The notes under the pieces are model-generated. The model searched no databases and was not told where the DNA came from. It saw nothing but the letters and a program-made list of their open reading frames with translations. The translations under genes and the position numbers were made by a program. A stretch of DNA of 64,000 nucleotides from Nemertoderma westbladi (taxonomy: Eukaryota > Animalia > Xenacoelomorpha). This document shows, piece by piece, positions 42,809 through 54,114 of the stretch. The stretch lies in NCBI GenBank assembly GCA_032718475.1, contig JAUCBJ010001919.1:73673-137672 (forward strand), read 5' to 3'. Position 1 is the stretch's first letter; every line of letters begins with the position of its first letter.

Positions 42809-44571
42809 GTCTGTATAATAATATTTGTAACTACTGTACAGTATATAGACAGTCTGTATAATATTTGCAACTACTGTACAGTATATAGACAGTCTGTATA
42901 ATATTTGCAACTACTGTACAGTATATAGACAGTCTGTATAATATTTGCAACTACTGTACAGTATATAGACAGTCTGTATAATATTTGCAACTACTGTACA
43001 GTATATAGACAGTCTGTATAATATTTGCAACTACTGTACAGTATATAGACAGTCTGTATAATATTTGCAACTACTGTACAGTATATAGACAGTCTGTATA
43101 ATATTTGCAACTACTGTACAGTATATAGACAGTCTGTATAATATTTGCAACTACTGTACAGTATATAGACAGTCTGTATAATATTTGCAACTACTGTACA
43201 GTATATAGACAGTCTGTATAATATTTGCAACTACTGTACAGTATATAGACAGTCTGTATAATATTTGCAACTACTGTACAGTATATAGACAGTCTGTATA
43301 ATATTTGCAACTACTGTACAGTATATAGACAGTCTGTATAATATTTGCAACTACTGTACAGTATATAGACAGTCTGTATAATATTTGCAACTACTGTACA
43401 GTATATAGACAGTCTGTATAATATTTGCAACTACTGTACAGTATATAGACAGTCTGTATAATATTTGCAACTACTGTACAGTATATAGACAGTCTGTATA
43501 ATATTTGCAACTACTGTACAGTATATAGACAGTCTGTATAATATTTGCAACTACTGTACAGTATATAGACAGTCTGTATAATATTTGCAACTACTGTACA
43601 GTATATAGACAGTCTGTATAATATTTGCAACTACTGTACAGTATATAGACAGTCTGTATAATATTTGCAACTACTGTACAGTATATAGACAGTCTGTATA
43701 ATATTTGCAACTACTGTACAGTATATAGACAGTCTGTATAATATTTGCAACTACTGTACAGTATATAGACAGTCTGTATAATATTTGCAACTACTGTACA
43801 GTATATAGACAGTCTGTATAATATTTGCAACTACTGTACAGTATATAGACAGTCTGTATAATATTTCCAACTACTGTACAGTATATAGACAGTCTGTATA
43901 ATATTTGCAACTACTGTACAGTATATAGACAGTCTGTATAATATTTGCAACTACTGTACAGTATATAGACAGTCTGTATAATATTTGCAACTACTGTACA
44001 GTATATAGACAGTCTGTATAATATTTGCAACTACTGTACAGTATATAGACAGTCTGTATAATATTTGCAACTACTGTACAGTATATAGACAGTCTGTATA
44101 ATATTTGCAACTACTGTACAGTATATAGACAGTCTGTATAATATTTCCAACTACTGTACAGTATATAGACAGTCTGTATAATATTTGCAACTACTGTACA
44201 GTATATAGACAGTCTGTATAATATTTGCAACTACTGTACAGTATATAGACAGTCTGTATAATATTTCCAACTACTGTACAGTATATAGACAGTCTGTATA
44301 ATATTTGCAACTACTGTACAGTATATAGACAGTCTGTATAATATTTGCAACTACTGTACAGTATATAGACAGTCTGTATAATATTTCCAACTACTGTACA
44401 GTATATAGACAGTCTGTATAATATTTCCAACTACTGTACAGTATATAGACAGTCTGTATAATATTTGTAACTACTGTACAGTATATAGGCAGTCTGTATA
44501 ATATTTGCAACTACTGTACAGTATATAGACAGTCTGTATAATATTTCCAACTACTGTACAGTATATAGACA
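42809..44571. repeat. 40-bp minisatellite (~44 almost identical copies)
   Basis: Unit ATATTTGCAACTACTGTACAGTATATAGACAGTCTGTATA. Confidence 0.98.
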
Positions 44572-44729
44572 AAGACGTCAAAATAATAAAATAGTTTCGT
44601 TTACATAATAGAACGGAAGGGAAACCCCAACCCACGCGGCCTCGTCGACGCTGATGAATATACTGTATTAGCTACCGGTATTACTGAACTGAGATTATCT
44701 TAAAATGGCCGGCATTTTTTAGTATTACA

Positions 44730-45914
44730 TGTAAAAGCTTTTGCGGATATAATCAGTCCCCCTCGTCCGCAAAGTACCGTTATAGGTGTTTTAACGGACA
44801 TAAAAGTCATTCTTCTATATGTGTGCTTTGGCGGACATGGTAAGGCAAAAAACCCGCAATGCGTCAAATACCCTGGCACAGCTTAGCCTTGATGATTCAG
44901 ATTACGACATCTAACAGCTGGTTGCTGGCATGGAAACGGCCATTGGACACATGGTTCTTTGTTTAGCTTAACAGCCAATCAGAGCGATTTTTTCTGTCGA
45001 TGTGGAGATATTTGGCAGATCATGCTAGGAGTGTTCAGTCTTACTGTTTTTCTTGATACTGTTGTGTTGTTTCTATCTAGGCCAGGAACACCGGCTCTAG
45101 AGTCAATTCGTTTCAGACTTTAGAAGAAACATTAGTAGGCTTAGATTATAGAGCGTATAACTGTTACCAGTCAACTCAATCGGCACATATATTGTCATAT
45201 CATATCTTAACCTACCGTCTTAATGCTTTTTACTGTTGTTATTATTTTGTATCAGTTGGTTGAATATTATTTGGAGAACATCTATAAAGAACCCAAATTT
45301 CCCAATTTTCTTGATACACTACAGGTTAGAGAGACAGGTTACATATAGCGATTGCGACTTATATTATTGTGGTTTGTATTGAATTTAATGCTATTTGATA
45401 AGCACTACATGAGTCAGTTGCTGTTCTCTTTATATATGATAAAATTCATTGACGGTCGGCAAATTAGTGAGCAGTATTGTGCGTTACCGGTAGTGTGCAT
45501 GATTGTGGCTGATAACTAAGCATCTCGTAAAGAATGCGCCTCATACGTGAATCATAAGCCTTACCGACATACCGTTGTGTTTAGTATAAGTCACAGCTCT
45601 GTTTACCTAGATAGAGCGCCACATCCTAAAGGAACTGTTAATATTTCCCGAAAGTGAATAATATTGGTTAGAAATTATTTATTAACGATCAATCGAATAA
45701 TACAGTAAGCTTACACTGCAATAACAATCTAAGCCCTACGAATCCAGTCTCCCGGGTATATCCAGCGGGTGAATGGACGCGCACTAGGCTGGCTTCGGCT
45801 AATGTTGTGTTTATTGGTATTAAATATTTGTCATTTTCTAAAGTCTATTTATAAACCAAAAGACATATAAATTTTGGCAGGTTAAACTGCTAAAGGTCTA
45901 CAAAAGCGTGTACA
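44730..45914 (+). repeat. 5' LTR
   Basis: TGTAAAAGCTTTTGCGG...AAAAGCGTGTACA. About 7 substitutions relative to the 3' LTR, counted by eye. Confidence 0.96.
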
Positions 45915-46335
45915 ATAACAGTTATTGTCTTTATTGCAGTAAGCAATAAAGTTGAAAGTACCGGTCGACCGGTAAACCTGAACCGGTACTGCTGTAGGTC
46001 CGTAGGCCCAACTGCCAGAATCGGTACTGCTGTAGGTCCGTAGGCCCAACTGCCAGAACCGGTACTGCTGTAGGTCCGTAGGCCCAACTGTCCTAACCGG
46101 TACTTCCAGTATAAGTACATTAGTATTATTCGATTTTGATTATTGTATACCGGTAGGTCTCGATATTAAATCGGGGATGCCTGGTTTTTATTGGGATTTT
46201 ACTTAGGTCTATTTCTGTCAGTTTTATTTCCTAGTAAGTTAATATTGAGCTGAAGACGTGTAAGTCTGCTCAGATTGTTCAGATAACTGTAGGCCGGACT
46301 GTTGTCGGATTGTTGTTGGGTTTGGAGAGATTACG

Positions 46336-46860
46336 GCGTGTGTGGAGTTTGTCTGATAAAGTGCCAGTTAGTAAGTTGGGGCAGCCATAGCTGTAAGGTC
46401 AATCCCCTCTTAAAGAATAAGTTGTACTACCGTGTTAGAACGCATACTAACTAACCATTTTGGAATCTGCACATACTGTAGTTTATTTAGGCTTGACAGT
46501 ATTCTGCCAACGTTTTGGCCTGTGTTTGTTTGTGTGGTCTGTTCAGGTACCGTAATAGTTATTACTCAGATATTTTGTAGGCTGGATTGTTGTCTAGCTA
46601 TTATTAGGTCTGAAGAGATTGCTGCGTGTGTAGAGTTTGTCTGATAAAGTGCCAGTTAGTAAGTTGGGGCAGCCATAGCTGTAAGGTCAATCCCCTCTTA
46701 AAGAATAAGTCGTACTACCGTGTTAGAACGCATACTAACTAACCATTTCGGAATCTACACATACTGTAGTTTATTTAAGCTTGGTGGTAGTCTGCCAGCG
46801 TTTGGTTTGTATTTTGTTTGAGTATTCTGTACGGGTAGCGTAATATTTATTATTCAGAGT
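46336..46860 (+). repeat. Direct duplication (period ~288 bp) in the retrotransposon 5' leader
   Basis: GAGTTTGTCTGATAAAGTGCCAGTTAG...ACTAACTAACCATTT occurs at ~46345 and ~46633. A separate 3 x 38-bp repeat lies at ~45983-46100. Confidence 0.85.
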
Positions 46861-48148
46861 TTATGCGATTATTCGCAACATTCATGTCCCCAAGTTTATT
46901 CCTACAGTAATTGTGCTTGTTACACATACCGTTATAGTTAAATTAACCCCGGTACTACACGGGCTGCTTGGCGTAAGTAAAGACTGGTGACTTTGTGCTC
47001 CGGTCACTCCAGCAGATGCCGTGGTTCTTTTAACTGTTCAAGTATATTTAACTACTGATTATTTGTTGTACCAGTACTTGTACCTAATTTAGGGTTTAGT
47101 GTACAGTGCTTTCCGAAAGTAATTAGTGTGTAGGCAGTATATTTGTGTTGTAAAGTGGTTAATAGGCACGTTGGATCTGGTAGTCCGCGGTAATTAACTT
47201 CTAGGTAGGAACACTCCGTGATACATAACGTAGTACCTATAGCGATACGGCTATAGGTCGTCAGGCGGTGGTATTTTCCTATCTGGACAGTGCAATATAT
47301 TTACTACTACTTATTATTTTCAAATACCGTAGTATCCTGTCTGTTGTAATAACCAGAATTCTAACCCTTTGTTAGGCTGGTTTGTAGACTTCCTGTAAAA
47401 TTACCCTAAAATTTCGTACGTAATATTTTATTGTGTTTAATTAGAGATTTAATCTCACCCGTATCGTAAGTAATTTGTAGTATTAAGTAACTTTTTTAAA
47501 TTAGCATTATCTGTTTTAGTGTCAAATAAGTAGCACTTCACTGAGAGCGCACAGCTTCTGTGTAGTGACTCCCCCAGAAATAATAACATTTATTCTAATA
47601 TTGACAAAACCCATTTTAAACGGGTATATAAATATTATAAATCAACTCAAACGATTTATAAATAGTAGGCCTGCCATACAACAACTAGGTCTCAATATCA
47701 GTTGGACTACTGCTTAAATAATGGTAATAAAGTAAGTTAAAGTAACCAAGTAACCCTAAAATATTCAGAAATTCAATTATTCTAAAATAATTGACATACC
47801 GGTATTTACCATAGGCTTATTATATTTATTTCTATAAATTTGGGCTGAAATCATACCGGTATTCTGTAATTAATTCTAGTTCATAATTATACTTATATAT
47901 ACTATAAGTGTAAGCTGCATACCGGTATTCACGATAGGCCTATTATATATTTATATATATTTGTGCTAAAATTATATACCGGTACTCTGTGACAAACCTA
48001 GTTTACAATACTTATATATACTATAAGTGTATACCGGTATTCTAATATACTGTAATAAATTACCGGTACTAGGCCAACGGTCATACTGAATTACTAGACT
48101 TGCTTTAACTGTAACTATAGCAGTAAGCATCCAACTGTATAGCTAAAC

Positions 48149-51100
48149 ATGTCTGACACCCAGCAAAACCTGTCAGACAGTCTAATCGATACAACCATCT
48201 GTGACACAGATAGGAGTGTGGAGCGATTAAGAAAGGAGTTCAGCTCACCTCCTACTGAAAGAAAGGTCATCCCTCCAGTAGTAGTGTCAGACCCTAAGCT
48301 AATCCAACACCGTAGGTCTATCATCGGCACTCGGGCCCAAGTCAAACGGAACCAGGAAGCAGCTGTCCAACAGCAGCAACATCCTAGTCAAGAAACTTGT
48401 TCCCAGCGATCCGATAGCTCCAGTAGTTCGGATACTGTAGAGCTGACCCGCCGAACGCGGAGTGCAGATGGCGGCTACAGCCTACTCGGATCCCCTTCTC
48501 ACCCTTCCTGCCGCAGTGCTAACTACTATATTGATTGCGGTGGAGGAACACCAAGTCGATTGGGCGAGAAGTAAGCGAGCGACCCAAGATAGTTATGCGG
48601 GATACGCCAGGGAAGAGTTGATGTCTATTGTCGAGTCACAATGGAACTTTCCCGGACCCGGACTCCCGTTAGATTTGTCCGAAGCTACTTGGGAAGATAT
48701 ACACAGGATGGGAGTGGCTAAAGATACGATGGATCCAGCTGTTTGGAAGAGGTCGGCAGCAGGATATGTGCAGGGATTCTTCGGCTCCTTAGAGCGATTG
48801 GAAGAACAATTGTTTCGACAACCTCAAGGACCTCAAGAGCAGGAAGAGCTGCTTTATCAAGTACGCGAAAGAACCCTACGCATTAGACTAATCCTATCAG
48901 CCTTTGAGGAAACTTCCAAAAGAAGACAGGACACGTCGCTGCAGGTTGCTGTCAAGACTTGGTTCCAGCGGGTAGGTCTCAAAGTTCAAGAAACGGCCCA
49001 GTGGAAATCCCAGCTGGCTGAGAGACTAACCTCTGAAGAACCAACCGATGCCACCCTTTCTCAAGTGGAAAGCGAAGAGACAGCAGCAGAGAAGCCGCCC
49101 TCGAGAGACGCCATAGACATCTATCTGTCAGACTATCAACGCTTCTTGGGTGATGAAGAGTTGAGGAGACGACTGGCTGGACTTCGCCCCAATAGTGAAG
49201 GAACCAAGCTTGTGTTGGACTCAATCGATGCGGAAATGTTAGCTGCTAACCAAGCTAAATTTGATGAAAAACTCCGCCTCGCTAGAGTCCAAGAAGAACA
49301 AGTAAAGAAAAAGCGGATAGAGGACCGAAAGGCAGCAGCAGTAACGGCGGCAGAAGCAGCAAAGGCAGCGGCAGAAGCAGAAGCAGAAAGAAAGGCAGCG
49401 GTGGCAGAAGCAGAACTGAGAGCGTCTGAGGAGACTACCCAACTAGAGTTGGAAAATCTGCAAGAGACGCAAGACAACATAAATAAACAGTTAACTGCTA
49501 GTCACATGCAGATGATGAGAAGATCTACTCCCAAACGCCAGGGATACACATCATCGGAGGAAAGCGAAACCACCGATCCTGAAGGCGGAGGAAATAGATC
49601 TCGTCTAAGCAGGCGTAGAAAAACATCTCACCGTCACAAATTGCCTGATTTTCCCCCAGCTGTTAGAAGACAACTAGCTAGCACAGACTTGAGTAGTATA
49701 GAACCTACAGACCAAATTATTAAGGTCAAAAAACTCCCTACTATAGTTTATGAGCCTGAAATAATTAGGCCTGTCGTTCCCAAAGTCACTCCTGTGCTAG
49801 AGACCCCTGTACTTCCAGAGCTTAACTCTAAATTCCCTTTACACAGTACTACACTGCCTGTACCCGGTAGAACAGTCCATGAGAATATCCCTGTCCTGGA
49901 AGCTGAGAGAGAAATCAAAGATTTGTCTCCCGTCGTCCCGCGTCAGCCCGCTACAATGTTGGCGACTCCCGCTTCGGCGGTCGAGTGGGTAGAGGAGGGA
50001 CGGCGGGGGATGAATCTCCTGCTCGGACAGATGCAGGAGACTGTCCACCAACTTAAGGGAACAGTAAGGGAAGGTAGGGCCGAATTGCAAGAAGTGCAGC
50101 AAAGTATCGCGCTAGAACGCGACAAATTAGTCAATATACAAAAGGGTATACCAATACCCCCTGTAACATTGTGTCAACCTGTTAGGTCTGAAGTATTACA
50201 TGCGCAAGGTGTGGAGCCTACACGCATCTACACTGCTAGTGAAGTAGAAACTCCTATAGCAAACCCTATTAAGGGTGATTATAAACCTGTTGTTAATGAT
50301 ATTCCCTATAGACCTGATAATGATTCGAGAAATTTATATACCGATAATTCGATATTAAATAACACGATGGCCCAAGAAAGCTTTACGCGTCAGATGGCTA
50401 GAACAGAAGCCCGCCAAGCGGTCAAAGTGGGAGAGATCGTCAAATTCAATGGAGATGAGATGAAATGGTTACCTTTCAATGAATATTACAAAGACAGCAT
50501 ACAGAACTCTGTGCTATCTAACGGAGAGAAACTTAGGTTCCTCATCAAGTGCTTGGAAGGACCTCCCAAGTTAATGGCGTTAAAGTTTATTGGACATCCA
50601 GAAGGATTAAGACAAGTTTGGGATACGTCAGGTATGGTAACAAGGATAACATAGCTAAGTATTTGTATGCAAAATTAGTAGCCCCCCGAAACTTTCTTAG
50701 TAGCGGGATTATAGAGTTTTCCGATGAGATTCAGGAGATCTGTAGACAATTGGACTGGTTAGGTAAGTCTCATGAATATCAGAGTTCCATGGTTATTGGA
50801 GCAGTAGTCTCTACTTTACCTAAGGGTGGAGTATGTACACGCTGGGACAAGAAAGTGTTGTATATGAATGAGCAGCAACGGCGAAGCCCTACCATGGCTG
50901 ATCTCATGTCCTTCTTAGATGGTGAAGTAAAACTACAACTCATCAAGCAGTCCAGAGAAAAAACATCGGAAAATAAGGTAAGTGAGAAACCCGTTTCTAG
51001 GAGAAGAGTCACACCAGTGTGTTACACTGATGACGGCGAAAGCCAAGCTTCTCAAGAAGAGGACAGCGGGAAAGACACTGATCGATCTTACTACGTTGGC

Positions 51101-51786
51101 AAAACCTCAAAAGACGTAAGTAAATACAAGGCTCGAACCAACGATAGGAGAGAACAGGTTGCCAAGACCCCTCCTCAGTCTCCTAACAGAATGCACGGAA
51201 GAAAACCCGAAGAAAGAACGAGAGTGCATCAGGTTACCCAAGGTAAAGTGAGTAACATAAAACCTAACTGTGCGCTGTGCGACGGGACCCACCGTTTGAG
51301 TGCGTGTGCTGAATTTCTAAAGAAATCCCTTGTAGACAGACGTGCAGTCTTGTGGGATAAGTGGTTATGCTATAATTGCCTCAGACCAGGACACCAACGG
51401 CGAACCTGTTACTCCGACGTAAAGTGTGCAAAGTGTGGCGCGAAACATCACATCTTGTTACACAGTGAGTTCGAACGAGACAACCCGAGTCAGGTAAGTG
51501 AGCCCGAACTACATGTCCAATTCAGTGATGTAAATGACACTGATCAAGAATCTGAGATGGAAGGATTCTATACTTACGAATTCTCTGACGCCAACAAATC
51601 CTGTTATCTAATCAATACCGCAGTGTATCGAGCACTTACTTATGAAAAGGACACCAACAATGAGTTTCCCCCAACTACTTTTGCCAGACAACCATCTTGG
51701 AAAGCTCCAACTTCCAACGTAGGAATCAGAGAATTTCCTGTAGTGCAGGTAAGAGTTCACGGTCCTAACAAAAGTTACATTCTAGC
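48149..51786 (+). pseudogene. gag: Bel/Pao gag, frameshifted, ending in the first residues of the protease region
   Basis: DUF1759-like IVKFNGDEMKWLPFNEYYKDSI...LSNGEKLRFLIKCLEG. Triple Bel/Pao zinc knuckle CALCDGTHRLSAC / CYNCLRPGHQRRTC / CAKCGAKHHILLH. Frame change near 50625 (VWDT / VRYGN). The true start (48149 or 48468) is uncertain. Confidence 0.85.
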
Positions 51787-52494
51787 TGGACCTTCAACGC
51801 CGCCGACGCCCCTTGGTGGGGAGGAAGTTGGGAGAGATTAATTAGAAGTGTCAAGACCACATTTCACTTTATAGTGCCATGCCGCGCGTATCTCACCGAC
51901 GAACTTTTGCGGACATTAATGGAGGAAATAGCTGCCTATCTCAACGAGAGACCGCTTATGCCAGTCTCATCGAGTCCCGATTCCCTGGAAGCGCTAACAC
52001 CCGCGCACTTCCTACTGAAGAAACCTGTAGCCATGCTCCCACGATCGGAGATTGCCGACGGAGACGAATACTGCCGTCGAACTTGGCAACTTATGCAGTT
52101 GCTATCCCGTCGTTTCGCTGACCATTTCGAGAAACATTATCTGCCCACGCTACAACTTCGAACTAAGTGGTTTGCGCAGCAAGAAAACGTCAGCGCCGGA
52201 GATATGGTGCTTATTGTAGATTCAGACCTCCCACGTAAACGGTGGCAGACAGGTCGTATCATCGAGACTCACATCTCGGATGATGGTTTAGTACGCTCGG
52301 TAGAACTCGTCGTCATGCGGCGTAACTTCAAGAAGCCAGGCATAATCTTTGAAACGCAACAACTCAATCGCCCAGTTGGTCGTTTATGTTTACTGGAAAG
52401 AGACAGAGAACTCTCCGGAAACTATGGAAGGCAAGACACTCTTCCCACGACCACCTCCCTAATTCCTCAAACATCTAGGGACTCCCCAACGTGA
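51787..52494 (+). pseudogene. Bel/Pao integrase C-terminal part (core end plus DUF5641-like domain)
   Basis: WTFNAADAPWWGGSWERLIRSVK...LNERPL...LTPAHFLL...YLPTLQLRTKW...GDMVLI...WQTGRI...DGLVRSV...RPVGRLCLLE. Confidence 0.92.
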
Positions 52495-54114
52495 TACGTC
52501 TGGAGTGGGTGTATGACTATATTATTTTATCTATTTTATTATATTTTATATGTGAACATTATTATGTACTTTATTATAATCGTTTTTATTCAATTTTATT
52601 TAGTAGAAGGTTATTTTAGATTATTTGGTAGATTAGTGCAATATATTAGTGTTTATTACGTAATTACATATATATAATATATATTTAGTGTGACGGCGAG
52701 AAATAATTTTTTCTCTTTCTTTACTGTCCGTATCATATTATAAATACGTGACTACAGTAAGATGAAATGTCCGTACTTATTAAAGTACAATAAAGCCACT
52801 ACTATATTCAAGTATTATTGGTAGGCAGAGTATTAGGAATGCAAAGTTCAGATCCTCGTGTCTCGGCTAAACCAAGCTCTGGGTAGACCTTGGAAACGAC
52901 TTGCCTCTTCACACTGACATTGCTTCGTGCGATATTGCTCTTCTACCTTATATTAAATAATACATATAGTAGTGTGATGTCCCTAACAGTAGCGTAAAAC
53001 GCAAATAAATCTGTTAAACCTTTTGACCATCTGTAATTCTAGTCGATTAAGATATCGCGGTACCCACCGATATACTTGAAAGACAAATTCTAGAATCAGT
53101 GGTTAACGTCCCCAGACAAGTTCTGGAATAAATCGGTGCCCATCTTAAATATTAACTTAATATTTATTAAAATCTGTAAAATTCAGATCCTTTAAAATTT
53201 CTAGTCAATTAAGATATCGCAGCACTTACCGATACTCTTAAAAGACAATTTTCATAGAATTAAGGGTCCTATGTCCCCAGACCTGCTCTGGAATCAAATT
53301 GTGTCAATTTTAACATCAAATAATAAAATTCACGGGAATAAATTTAAATTCATATTTTAAATGAATTTCATAAATTGTCATTTTGTGCAATTTATAACAT
53401 TCCCAAAATTACATTAATTAATAGATCATGGGAGCGGAGATTCATCCTATTGAGTGTATTAGAGTGCGAGAATCTCAAACATATAGTCAATAGCCGATAA
53501 AATTAATGAAATCATGCATAAAGAGGATATTGACAATTAAAGAATTACTATTAAATAGCATCCCAAATCTGTATGCATGAGAATTACCCTAATTCTACCG
53601 CTAGCATTCCATAATGTCACCATAGCAACACCCACGCTAGAATTAGAAGCAAGTTAAAAGAACAATAGAAAGCTTGTCCCATTGCATAGCATAGAGAATA
53701 CATAGCACACTGTTAGTATCCAAGGATACACAGTAATAACGTGACATTCTGGAAGGCACTGACTAACGGACAAATGGCCTGTATGTGTACAATTGGTGAC
53801 AGTTGTGTGGAATTTGTGCGTTTATAGGTGAATGTTACTGCTAAAGTATGTTTACAGAAGCTAGTCGCAATTGTAAAAGTAGCCCAACTCTCCTATAGAA
53901 AGAACCTAAGTGGATCCAAGCCTTTGGGACGGACAGTGGAGTGACTTGTGCCGGTTATCGTTGTCGTGCTGTTGCTACATGTTGGCGTAAACACCGCGAC
54001 GACGGTACATCGGCGCTGAGAATCCCACTGTCCGGGGGCAAAGAGAAGTAGGCAGCGACGCCCGCTCGCCTAAATATAAACTCATTTTGATATTAATAAA
54101 CTCAGATAGCAGAT

